64,000 nt of DNA, taken from assembly GCA_002633005.1 (NCBI GenBank), contig NMRA01000152.1, forward strand, positions 62,001 to 126,000, in the 5' to 3' direction. The notes beneath the pieces are model-generated. The model was not told where the DNA came from. It searched no databases and saw only the letters and a program-made list of their open reading frames with translations. Every line of letters begins with the position of its first letter. Position 1 is the stretch's first letter. Of this stretch, positions 12,144 through 23,800 are shown piece by piece. The DNA is from Phoronis australis. Taxonomy: Eukaryota; Animalia; Phoronida. Made by a program: the position numbers and the translations under genes.

Positions 12144-14177
12144 GTCTAAGACTTGTCTTTGTATATTTTGGATATTGTGATTCTGTTATTTGAAAAATGC
12201 GCGTAGCTTAGTTATTGATTTTAAGCGATACTGTGCAGGCACGAAATACTCGTTTTCACACGGACAAGCTAACTGATAGTAATTTGGTTGGTCAATTTGG
12301 GTGTCTGTATGATGTTGATTTTTTATCGTTGTTCATGAGATTTTCTTGCCACTCATAATTGTTATATTAAAAACAGTTCGGCTTTCTATTGCTGTGTTTA
12401 CGTGCAAACTTTGACTGACTGGGTGCATGATGATTTGTGTCAGTGGCTTGAATGTCTTCAAAAACTGGCAAGGCAGAAGTTTTGGATAAACCTTTTTGCA
12501 CATGCATGCTGATCACTTCTGTGGTGACACTCTTTTGTGTTTAGATGGGTAGGTGACATATAAAGTGATGATCAGAGATAATTTCCATGGTTTCAAGTTG
12601 TGCTATTTCAAATTCATTTTACTTGTGTCATATAATTGTGCTGTGTCAGTTTGTACCAAGTCTTAGTATATAAATAACACAAGTCGTAAAACATGTAGAA
12701 AAATGTTGATACTAGTGTAGTCAGACATTTCTAAAGAGGTCGCTGAAAATTCTTGAAATATTTCAACTTAGGAAAGACCTTCTCAACACTTGCTTGGAGA
12801 CATGTCTGTTCCCTATTTCTGAAATTATTCAGATTGCTTACACAATTGTGCGAGATGTCTGTTGTAGCAATCGTGATGTTGTCTTCATCAGTGTCTCCCG
12901 TGTAGATTTCACGTTATAGCTTTCATAGTTCACATAACCGCTTAGCATTTTTATAATGCCTGCTGTACGACCAGACTGTGTGTTTGATCATTGCTATGAC
13001 GCAGCAGTTTCAGGTCAGATAAGAGATGACTCGTGTTTTGCTTTTGTTAATGAGCTTTTATTGAACTTGTTTGTCATTCCACCTTAGCGTGTACCAGAGA
13101 CAAACACTCTGCACCTACTAGGTGGTTACTCGTGATGATAAGTGAGATGCAAATATTTTGCTGGTTTGTCACAAATTAGTGCAGTTGTGTATTCTTAATT
13201 CTGCAAGTTGCCCTTTGTGAGTGTTGGCAAGTCAAGAGGAGTTAATATCTTTTAAGAGTGCTTTATTGAGAGACGTGAAACATTTCTAATTGACATTCCC
13301 ACAGTTCTTCTCTGATTCAATACTAAAAATAAAAAACAAAATGCCAACCTCACAGATACAGACCAAATGCAAATTCGGCAATACCAAATACGAAAATACC
13401 ATGAAAAATACCTCAATACTGCCGCTCCCTGGCTCTCCTCAATGACGCCAAATATGCACTACCACAATGTGAGTAAATCAGTCCGAGTACAACACTTCAT
13501 ACTCAAATGAGGGTCAGGTCACATGCAAATTACATTCAGTCCATTCAGTCATGAATATACACGTGACCATAAGCCACCCGGAGCAAACAAACGTGAAGTA
13601 TCTTACACCCTTGTTATTTGAGGTGTATCTACCTTCTGCATTTACGACCCGACCACACTTTTCAAATTGTATTCTGTTCAGTTCTTCAGTGTTCATTAGG
13701 TCATACCTTTGCCCAAGTGTAACACAAGTTCTTAGTCTAATAGTTAGGTAAGTGTATGTCCAAAATTCCGTGTGTGTGCAGTAATGAAGTGCCTTTAACT
13801 TGGGGGAGGGGTTTATAGGTGGAGGTTTTGTGTGTTAAGTCAGCATTCAGGGGTCCTTAAAACAGCAAATGAAAGTACGCTAGGCATGTCTTTTGTGAAG
13901 CATGAAGTTGATGCCAGTTTGTTAATTTCACAGTTCACAGCCTCTTACATGTAGTAACATCCAAGGACGCAAGTTTCCAGGTCTACCTCACGTTATGAAA
14001 AACTGACTGATTTATTTACAACAGTGCTACATTTATGCGTTAATGGTGGCGCTTGGTTTTCATGTGACCAAATAACATTCCTTTTTCCTGGTAACAATTT
14101 GTTTGATTCTTTGAAATTAACCATCAATTAATTGGTGTCTGAGCATTTCAGTTGTGTTGTACTTGCCATGTTCATTC

Positions 14178-14183
14178 AATAAA
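14178..14183 (+). promoter_or_regulatory. Candidate PM20D1 polyadenylation signal (AATAAA) for terminal exon copy A
   Basis: AATAAA downstream of the stop, followed by T-rich sequence; the homologous site in copy B reads AATACA, and copy B has another AATAAA near 17088. Confidence 0.35.
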
Positions 14184-14294
14184 CGACTTGCAACAGATTT
14201 TGATTTTATTAAACTTTTCAAGAAAAATAGCAATCTACTTGGAGATTCAAGCCAGGAATGCCGACATGAACTCTACTCCTTAGGGCCAGTGGAT

Positions 14295-15415
14295 TTAGTT
14301 GCAGCACTACCTTACTTCGCCTACTTAAAGACTGGCGTAAAGCCATAGACGAACAAAAATACACTGCAGCAGTATTCATGGATTTTTCTAAAGCTTTTGA
14401 CTGCCTCCCACACTCCCTTCTGATCTCCAAACTTAAAGCTTACAAATTTGATGACAATGCCTTTGCCCTTGGGAATTATCTCTCCAACAGGAAACAACAA
14501 GTGAAACTTGGGCAACACTCCAGTGAATGGAGCCAAGTATACAAGGGAGTACTTCAAGGATCCATCCTGGGACCCCTTCTCTTCAATGATCTTTATCAAT
14601 GACATCTTTGTGAAAAAATCTACACTGGACAACTACGCAGATGACAGCACCGTCTCCTTCTCTGACAACAACCCACTATCCGTTACTGAAACCCTAAGAC
14701 AAGGTAGCGAATCACTCATCAACTGGTTCGCTGTAAATGGCATGCGAGCAAATCCTGACAGATTCCAAGCAATGTGCAAAGGGAAAAATGAACACATTTT
14801 GTAAAACCCTCTCCATTGAAAATTGTGAAATACCTTGAGAACCGAAAGTTAAACTTCTATAGGAATAGCCATTGATTCCAATCTAACTTTTGACTCCCAT
14901 ATTTCGGACATTTGCAAAAAGAGCCTCGCAGCAAATAAAAGTTCTTAGAAGAATTGGACACCACCTAACGTTAAACGGTAGACTTGCCATTTTTCACTCC
15001 TTCACCCTTTCAAATTTCAAATACTGCCCCCTCTCATGGCATTTTTGCTTGAAAGAAAATGCGCTCAAAGTAGAAAAACTTCAACTCAGAGCCCTGTGTT
15101 TTGTGTACAACGACGTTAGCTCGCACGAACAATTACTCTCACTAGCTAACAAACCACGCCTTCATCTACACCGGCTTCGACTTATTGCAATAGAAGTATT
15201 TAAAATCCGTTATGGCGAATCACTCAAGAACTTCTTTAAAGAAGCAAGAAAAGAATTACTCATTTCGCTACGGCAACCTTCTAGGTATTCCCCAAGTTGA
15301 ATCTGTCAAATATGTTATTTTTTTTTCGCTTCGAGGCTGCTCGGGTCTGGAACAGTCTACCGAATATGTTGCGCACAACAGAGTCTCACTATTTTTGTGG
15401 ACTGATTCGGACCTG
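14295..15415 (+). mobile_element. Truncated, frameshifted non-LTR retrotransposon (CR1/L2-group LINE) reverse-transcriptase fragment
   Basis: Motifs FMDFSKAFDCLPHSLLISKL, GVLQGSILGPLLF, YADD, WFAVNGMRANPDRFQ and YCPLSWHFC across shifted frames; no 5' half and no tail. Confidence 0.92.
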
Positions 15416-15927
15416 GACTAGCAAGATGAACCAATTAATCTTGAGGACTACCAATTAACATCTGAAAAAATGTTGAGCACTAATGAAAACTAAAACTACA
15501 GCATACGCCAATCAAAAGTAACTCACCATACAGTTTGTGAAATTTATTGAAGAAAATAATTGCACATCTTGCTGTTTATTTCATCGGTGATAACCAAAGG
15601 TTCTGAATGTTTCTTTTCTGGTTCCATGACTTTTCAAAGGTGAAATTGTTCAAGAGGCAATTGACTCCGCAGTTTTCCAAGAAAGGTAGCGAATTTAGTA
15701 ATTTATTGTCAGAAATAGGCCCTAGAGAGAAATTATTTTTTCGGTTCATCTTGAGAGTCACATTATAAAGCTACTGCTCACTGAGTGCTAGCAGAGTTAT
15801 TACGTCGCAGTGTGTGTCAAGCTTAACACAACATGTAAGTGATCTGCGTATACTGTAGGTTTATAACTGTGATGTTCATTTACATTGTGTTGGTGCTATT
15901 CTGTGTCGATGTGTTTCATTCTTCCAG

Positions 15928-16389
15928 GCGTTATGATAGCTGGCACCGACTCGAGTATGTATTGGGAATTGACCAAAAATATAGGATGGGCGATGTCAGC
16001 ATTCCGTGCTGCCATTATGGCGTTTTTTGCATGCCCATCTTGCAGAGTCTTAGTTAGTTTTATCTATTACGTCATAATAAATGACAATATTCGCAATCCT
16101 CCTCTTGTTTTACTCTGCAACATAGCTCGTGGCGTACCCCGGGCAAAATAGATTACGATAAATTAAATTTAACTTGTTAAATGCATTTATCGTCATTATT
16201 TTGACACTTGTCTCNTACAGATTCTGCCCGACAATTACATTTCCAAGTGACCTTGTTCGATTCCACGGGGTGAATGAGAGGATATCGATTGAAAATTACA
16301 AGCAAACGGTTCATTTTTATTATCACATGTTGAAAAATGCCGACAGAGCAAGTCTTCCTCCTGTTCACAGTCATGGCAACGAACTTTGA
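15928..16389 (+). pseudogene. PM20D1: Duplicated PM20D1 terminal exon, copy B (15928-15983 + 16216-16389), interrupted by a 232-bp insertion; alternative last exon or pseudo-exon
   Basis: Same TTCCAG|GC acceptor. GVMIAGTDSSMYWELTKNI / YRFCPTITFPSDLVRFHGVNE...HSHGNEL* is collinear with copy A once 15984-16215 is removed. Confidence 0.85.
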
Positions 16390-16503
16390 ACTTCGACATG
16401 TTCACAGATCAGTAAAATGGTTCTGTTAAAGCTAAGAACCAGTGGTGGTTCCTAGGTTAAAGTTACTAGTTTGCATATGTGGAAGCCATCGTTTATAGTT
16501 CTG

Positions 16504-16740
16504 GGACCCGTTCCAAGAAAACTGACTAAACTAAGACAAATCTTCAATTTAAGTCAATTTTAAGGTAAAATTTCCAATTTGTTTTATGTCCATTCCAAGA
16601 AAATAATCTTAAGTTTGATGTTTTATTTTAAGTTCGACTAACTCATTACTGGATGTGGAAGCTTCAAAGTTTGAAAGCTGAGACAAATCTTAGACTTAAG
16701 TAAAATGAACTTCAGTGACTCCAGTTTCTTAGAATGAGCC
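16504..16740. mobile_element. PHIS (Harbinger-group) MITE with CTG target duplication (copy B only)
   Basis: TIRs ggacccgttccaagaaa / tttcttagaatgagcc; CTG on both sides; empty site ttctgacctg seen in unit 1. Confidence 0.7.
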
Positions 16741-17512
16741 CTGGCCTGTTCACATGCATTTTGTAATTGAGGGCGTTGCGTCTTTGTATTTGCATTTCTC
16801 TTATTTGTAAAGAGCCCAGTTTAATTGTAAAGGTGGAGGTTTTGTTTGTCAAATCAGCAATCTAGAGTCCCTGTAACAAAGAAGTTGTTGTACCGTTCTG
16901 TCTTTTGTTAAGTGTAAAGTTGATCGGCCACTTGGTTTCACTGTTAACTTCTTACTGTATGGTAAGATCCGAGGACCAAGTTTCCAGGTCTATCGTAGGT
17001 TATGAAAACCTGACTCGTGTCATTTATTTGCAACACTCTGGGATGTGCATGCGTTCATGGTATCGCTTCATAATTTCGATGTAACCAAATAAATTTTCCC
17101 GTTTGTATTTGTATTTTTAAATACCATCAAGTAATTAGTGTCCGAGGACTTCACTGTTCAGTTGTATTGTACTTATCATGTTCATTCAATACACAACTAG
17201 AAACAGATTTTAAATTTATTAAACTTTTCAAGAAAAAACAAGCAACCTACTTAGAGATTCGAACCTGGAATTCCGACGTCAACTTTCTACGCCCTAGGGC
17301 CAGCACATACAGAGAGCTTATGCTGGCTGCCTCGGATGAACCGTACCCAAAACACAGACAGCTCACGTCAAGGCGGGAACAATGGAATGAACACCCCTTA
17401 CTAAAGTGAACAGTCAGCTCAGCTATTGTTCATTAGACGCAGACAGCTGAGCTCAAAGCTATCAGCAATAACAACTATATTACTATGAATAACAATAAGA
17501 AACCTCTAAAGA

Positions 17513-17719
17513 CAGGGTGTTTCAAAAAGACAGACCCAATTCACAATTATTCTAACTTTCCTATCAAGGCGACTTGATACTGTACAGACAGCTGGCAGTA
17601 AGCACACGATGCTACGAAATGGATAACTAACCAATTTTCAGTTTTTGTGCAATATTGCAAAGTATCACCAGAACGAAATCTGGTGCTTTCAAATTAGGCC
17701 CATTTGTTGAAACACAATG
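17513..17719. mobile_element. Tc1/mariner-like MITE
   Basis: Imperfect TIRs cagggtgtttcaaaaa / ttgttgaaacacaatg; TA on the right side. Confidence 0.55.
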
Positions 17720-19839
17720 TACATTAACACGATTTTGTAAAAAGAAAGTAACAGATGTAATGAGGCGCCCTCTGTGGGACGAAAGTGCAGTTACAGTTTT
17801 ATATTACCCAACTGAGGTTATGTTTTACACCTACATCGTCTCAAAATCACAACCTGTTTAGTGTTCAATGTGACTTCATCAACATCAAAACATGACTAGC
17901 AAGATGAACCAAATGCTCTTGAAGACTACCAACATTTAAAAAATGTTGAGCACAAAATAATGAAAACTAAAACTATTACACGACAAACAAAATATCACTT
18001 TATAAAAAGTGGCACCTCATGTAGCTTGTGAAATTTATTGAGTAAAATGTTTGCACAAGTAGCTGTTTACTTCATCGGTGGTGTACAAGAGAATAATTCA
18101 ATAGTCCTATTGAAGGAAACAAGACTTGCAGCATATTGATTTAGCCAGAAACATTGAACACCCATACTGGTGTTTGGATGTTGAAAACTTAAAAACGCAT
18201 CAAACAAAGGCTGTGTTTCAAGCTGGGATGAACTCAAGATGGTCTTAAAACTATCAGCATGACTGGTGTCTTGAGCACGCTGACTAATCAGAGTGACAAA
18301 ACACATCAACACTCAGCAATCTTCTCAGCGCAAACAATTTGTTGCTGCTCTTTTAATAATAAATAGTTAATTTGTTTCCCAAATTTACCAGGTGATACAA
18401 GGAACCATATGAAACTTGATATTTCATTGCTGCCAACAACTACTCCGCTACTAGTTTTATACCAGTTGATTTCCAGCCTTTGTTATAACATGGCGTGCCA
18501 CTTTAACTAGGCTATAATTGTCTATCTCCAGAATGAAATACAAAGTTTAACAAACAATTTATCGACTGGCCTAGTATCATTAAAATGAAACCAGAGACCA
18601 TGAAAAATAATTGACTGGCCTAATATTCTTATGGTACTGAAATAATGGAATAGTACCAAGATAAAAAAATATAGTCAAGCAAAATTAAGTGAAGCAGTCC
18701 AAATAAATATCTCAAAACTACAGACACACAAAACATACCAAACAGATTCTCAGTTCCTTGAAAGCAAAGTTTTGTGCGAAACTAATAAACTAAAGAATGG
18801 CATAACAAATCGTAAATTTTGGTCAGGCAAGTGGAATGTTCACAAAAATACATAAACCATAACCATGGAAACGTATCATCTGTTTTAACACTGAAATCTG
18901 GGAAATTTTACAATTAATTTCGTAACAAATTTAACCAACAATTAACAATCTATAGGAAACATGTTTAACCTCTGTGTTCTTAGACACAGAATTTACGTCA
19001 CTCTCTAGCAGAAACTTACACCCTTATTCTCAAATGATTGGGAAACTATGTTTCATCCCAAGTTGACTAACTCCCTGACACAAAGCCACTGGCGAGTCCT
19101 TTCAAGTTTACTTTCACGTTAGAGTAGACCAAGCCAGGAAAATAACTTTGTCGCAGTGTGCATTGTTTTAAACCCTGTGCCCGAAACGTGCAGCGTTTAA
19201 ACGCGACAACAGCCCCTCGTGCATTATTTGTAGTAACTTTTAAACTAGCTGATGTTCTGAATTCAAACAAACACTTTGTTAACAAACTTTCCAGTGAAAA
19301 TAAGAATGCAGTATTTTAAAAATTACCTGAATCTAAATGCTTTTTATTTGACCTGCTGACTGATAAAGAGGATAAGATCAAACAGGTAAAACATGCACCA
19401 TCAGTTGGCATTATTTAAAATGTACGAGGCAGTAAATGGGCCAATAAATGTGGCGTCCAAACAACAAGTTACCCCAGCAGTTATTCTGAGAATGACTTGT
19501 CGCTAGATTTAGTAGAAGTGTGGATGCCAATTGCACTAGGGCAACTTGTCACATGTCACAACTTACCCCACCTTATCAAGATAGGGCAACATGTCCTAGG
19601 ATAACCTGCCCCAGCACAATTTGTAATATGTACAACCTGCAGACAAGGCAGCTGTGTGAATTCTGTCACACACAAAGGGGTGTCTAAATCATTTTTGCGC
19701 CATATTTGTCGCAAGATTTAGGGTGGGCGCTCGTCTTAAAGAGAGCTATAGTAACTCTAGGGCAAGTTATTCCATAGTAACTCGTAGTGTGGACATGACT
19801 TGTGACATCTTTCAAAGAAAAACACAACAAATGATAAGA

Positions 19840-20075
19840 TATTAGAGGGAAAAACATACCATGGTAGATATCAGGGAAAAACATACCATGGTAGATATCA
19901 GGGAAAAACATACCATGGTAGATATCAGGTAAAACATACCATGGTAGATATCAGGGAAAAACTTACCATGGTACATATCGGGGAAAAACATACCATCATG
20001 GTAGATATCAGAAGTAAAACCCTGTAAGGGATAAGTAATACAAAAAACCCTAACTTGGTAAATATCGGGGATATC
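19840..20075. repeat. 27-bp minisatellite (gggaaaaacataccatggtagatatca), ~6 good plus degenerate copies, downstream of the WDR17 stop
   Basis: Direct inspection; explains the spurious MFFPDIYHG-repeat ORFs. Confidence 0.9.
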
Positions 20076-20718
20076 GGTAAGGCACATTGTCCTAAATCCT
20101 CAAGCGCATAGACCTTGACTAAAATTGCTCGCAGTGCACCCCCCAGTGAGTGAACTCAACACGAGTTACACCAGAAATCCACTTTCAATACAAGAATTTG
20201 CTTCAATATCACATATTTGGAAACTTGCATGAAAATGAAAACAAAGTTCTAACTACAAGTTGTTAGTGTTAAGTCTCTGCGTTGTTTGACCTGTAATGAG
20301 AGCATTACAGTTTCAAAATTTCTGGTTCATTCTCGGGCAACAAATTAAAACCAGTGGACCCTCATAAAGAGACGACAAAAGAACTCAACATTACACCAGC
20401 AAACACACTAGTCAACTGCAGGTCAGCTCTCAATTTCATTCAATTCATTAGCCAATCATAGGCCATACTATTCTGATGAATACATTAACTACTCATACAT
20501 AACAGCCAATCACAGAAGAGTTTACCAGCATGAACGAATACATTCACCACATAAACCAATCACAGACCACATACTCCATACTGTTAAACGCATTAGCATA
20601 CACAGTAGCCTATTGCTGCCAAAAACCCATGTTGTGCATAAATTATTCACTTCATTCATAAGATAAACATCTTTAACTTGACATTGCTTTAAGAGGAAGC
20701 CGCAATGTGGCCCATTTT

Positions 20719-20838
20719 TCAAAAAGGGTTGATTCGAACACCAGACAGCAGTGGCGAAAAGGGGTTCACTTTTGCCCACATTAGCGCTTCGTTGATAGAG
20801 ATGGCCGACTGACCGTCTTCAAGAAAGAAGGCATCACC
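20719..20838 (-). CDS. WDR17: WDR17 last coding exon (GDAFFLEDGQSAISINEALMWAKVNPFSPLLSGVRINPF*)
   Basis: TTGCAG acceptor; conserved C-terminus; TGA stop. Confidence 0.92.
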   Translation of the reverse strand, partial: GDAFFLEDGQSAISINEALMWAKVNPFSPLLSGVRINPF

Positions 20839-23800
20839 CTGCAAACAAACAAGATGAGAAGCATAGACAGTATTAATCACCTTGTAGGACAAATATGTGA
20901 CACTGAATGGCTGGCTAATTTGATAAATCGACGATTACATACACTGAAAGACGGAACTTTTCTACATTAAATCTATGAACCAGTCAGAGGTTCACTAACT
21001 GGTTCCTAGATTCATTGCGTCAATTGAAACAACCTCAGAACAAGAGAATTATACCAAGTAGTTCAAAAACAATGATAAAGAAATACTCCACGTTTAGTCA
21101 TAAGTAAACACACCTGTGACCTCTCAAGGCACACTAAATGTTAAGCAGACCAATTCACCTTTTACAACCCAGTCATGACAAAGAACGTGTGCATTGTACC
21201 CCTCATCAATTACATTAACACAATATGGAAGAACAGTGAAACTTAAATTTCATCAAAAAATTTCTGGAAAATATAAAAACAGATAGCAAGAAAAATTTCC
21301 TTCACAGTTAGCCAGGTGTCTTCAACATTATGTTGAAATTCTCAGAGCCTTCTGACAAAAGGAAAAACGAAAATTTAAACAAATACTTTGCACGCAATTT
21401 AAAAATTTCCTATAGCAAAATGCACTCTAGCACCAGCTGCAACCACGACACACACCTGTATCCTCTGACGAGTGAAGTAGCTGTGATGTACGTCCGAGTG
21501 ACTGGGGAGGTTGGAGCCTGTCACAAAGTCAGGACCCAACATTACCTTGTCTTGATGTGTGCCACACTTCCTCATCAGGTTGTCGTATACAGATTTAAGC
21601 TCCGGTTTCCCAGAAGTTTCAGCACCACTGAAGGACAATGCAACAGGCATTAATACATCAGTGTAATAGACCATAGATAATTGACAATAGATTTGCAAAT
21701 CTGGTGTTTTGAATTCAGAGGAGGGGCCACTCTCTTCCAATGACCAACTTGGCTTCCGGTTAGTGAACGAACGACGTCCTTGCTGAAAGTAAAATGTGTA
21801 CAACACCAGGCGCTGCTAGCAAATAATGACATAATGGCTTGACATATTTTGTGCCTTGAGACTACACAGGACCAGACTGTGCGTGTACTAATACCCTCTT
21901 AACATAAACATACTTCAAGAATTGAGTACTAGGATGATTGAACAGAAAGAGAGTTTACTCAGACTGACCATCAAACCTCTAGAGTTGCTGTTCTGAAACA
22001 GCACGTCACAAACTTACGTAGAAACTGATGGGATCAAGTTGGCAAAATCAATATCTAACTCAACTTTCCCACAAGACACCGCAACGACCACAACAAAAAT
22101 CAGTAGGAAAGTACTTAGCAGCCAACCTTTTACTTCTGGTCGGTGAGAACTGCCTCCAGGCGTCCAACTCACTGTTACACAGCTCAGTGGTAAGGGGGAC
22201 ATCGGGTGAGTCTTGTTGCAGTACAGAGCTATCAACAAAAACACAATCATGTTAGACAATATAACAACAAGTATACAACAGAATTTAATTTAAGTTTATA
22301 AACAAGACAGCGCATCTTGACAAATATCTAGAAAATCATCAAAATTAGCTTTGTAAATATATTTTACAAACATTTTCTGAAAATGGAAGGCCATGGACTT
22401 ATGATTTTTAATTTACTAAAAAATCTGTGATTACTTAGCTCTAGTCCAAATGACTCACTATTCCTATTTATGGGGCTCTCAGTACAACTCTGCTTGACGT
22501 GCATTAATTCTTAGATTAAAAATGATACATGAATCTCACCAGGCTCCGTAAAACAGTGCAGGTACAATCGCATCGTACATTCTACGTATTGCCAACAACG
22601 CCCCCACGTATGCGCTAATGGCCAGCAGTTCAGAGCGCTCGCTAGAATCAAAGAGGTGATTTTTAGCAGATGATATGAAAAACTGAGCGCTCACTTTGAT
22701 GAACCTTTTTCAACAAACCTCACATTCCACCACCATCAAACTAAGCATCATTACACTTACAGACCAACTGAACTACCAATTAAAATTTTCACTGCATTCA
22801 AAGACAAAGAGAAAGTAAAATTAGTGAATTATATAACAAATCACACAGAATGCACACTAAAGTCATGAACAACTAACCCACAAGGTACACAGATTATGTT
22901 ACAAATTGAACAAATCATAGCCAGTCGAGAAAGTCTTTTGCAGGTTACACAATTGCCCATTTGGTCTCCTGGGTTCAGGGTCTAATCTCCCACCTCTTTA
23001 ACTCCAAATTATTTTGACATTTTCTATCTACTAGACAAGAGTCCATCACCTACTCTCACACTAAGTGAACTTGGTGTTAAAGCAACAAGTTTGAGTCTAA
23101 TTTGAAATCTCCAATTTGACCTAGTTAGTAACTAGAATACAGGATTATCAAGTGCGAATTTACGGGTCATCATGTACAAACTTAGACTAGAAACTTACCA
23201 ATAGTGAACTTAAAATACTTAAGCACACAATCATATGCACTTATCTAGAGTCTCTGCTTAAGTAAAGAGAGAGTTACAGAAAAAGTCAAAAATAATTTGT
23301 GTTCGAGTTTGGAGACTAGATGCTGAGCTCCACCGATTTAAATCGTACCTGGAACACTTGGTTTGCTGTAGAACATCTGTTCGTATCGAGCCCAGTAGTT
23401 GTAGAATGTCCAACACATTGTCCAGTGTCCAAGATGAGCTCCTCAAACATTCTAAAATATGAGATATCACCAGTTGGAATGCGTCTTGCACAAACCATCA
23501 AATTCATTCACAGCACGTTTATTTTGTTAGCCACCAGGAGAAAAGAGACAAGTGTCAAGAGACACCACTTGCCATGCAGACTATACAAGACTGGCTTTGT
23601 TTAATATTCTGTAACAAATATAACACTAATGGAATTTCAATCCCAATTCTGTATCCACTCTGGAATAAGCCCATGGGCGTATATTTGAGGAACACCAAAA
23701 ATGAGAAAAGGATCATACCAGTGGTCTCATATGTTAATAACATGCTGCAATTTTGTGCATAAGCTTGTAATCGCACATTCGATGTATGATACACGAGCTA

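Larger units (their letters stand above)
11320..18085. repeat. Tandem segmental duplication: unit 1 ~11320-15595, unit 2 ~15625-18085
   Basis: Matching blocks in the same order: 11320/15629 (cttttcaaaggtgaaa), the terminal exon, 13817/16831 (aggtggaggttttgt), 13960/16967, 14150-14290/17161-17303 and 15417-15590/17895-18080. Confidence 0.88.

Noticed and set aside
19684-20087. ORFs with MFFPDIYHG / LISTMVCFS repeats; CRISPR-like periodicity
   Set aside because: Head-to-tail 27-bp minisatellite with no unique spacers, in eukaryotic DNA.
21628-21806. Open frame and extra acceptor (21784-21783) upstream of WDR17 exon 25
   Set aside because: Its phase does not fit exon 24 and I found no compatible donor; the 21629-21628 acceptor restores the frame.
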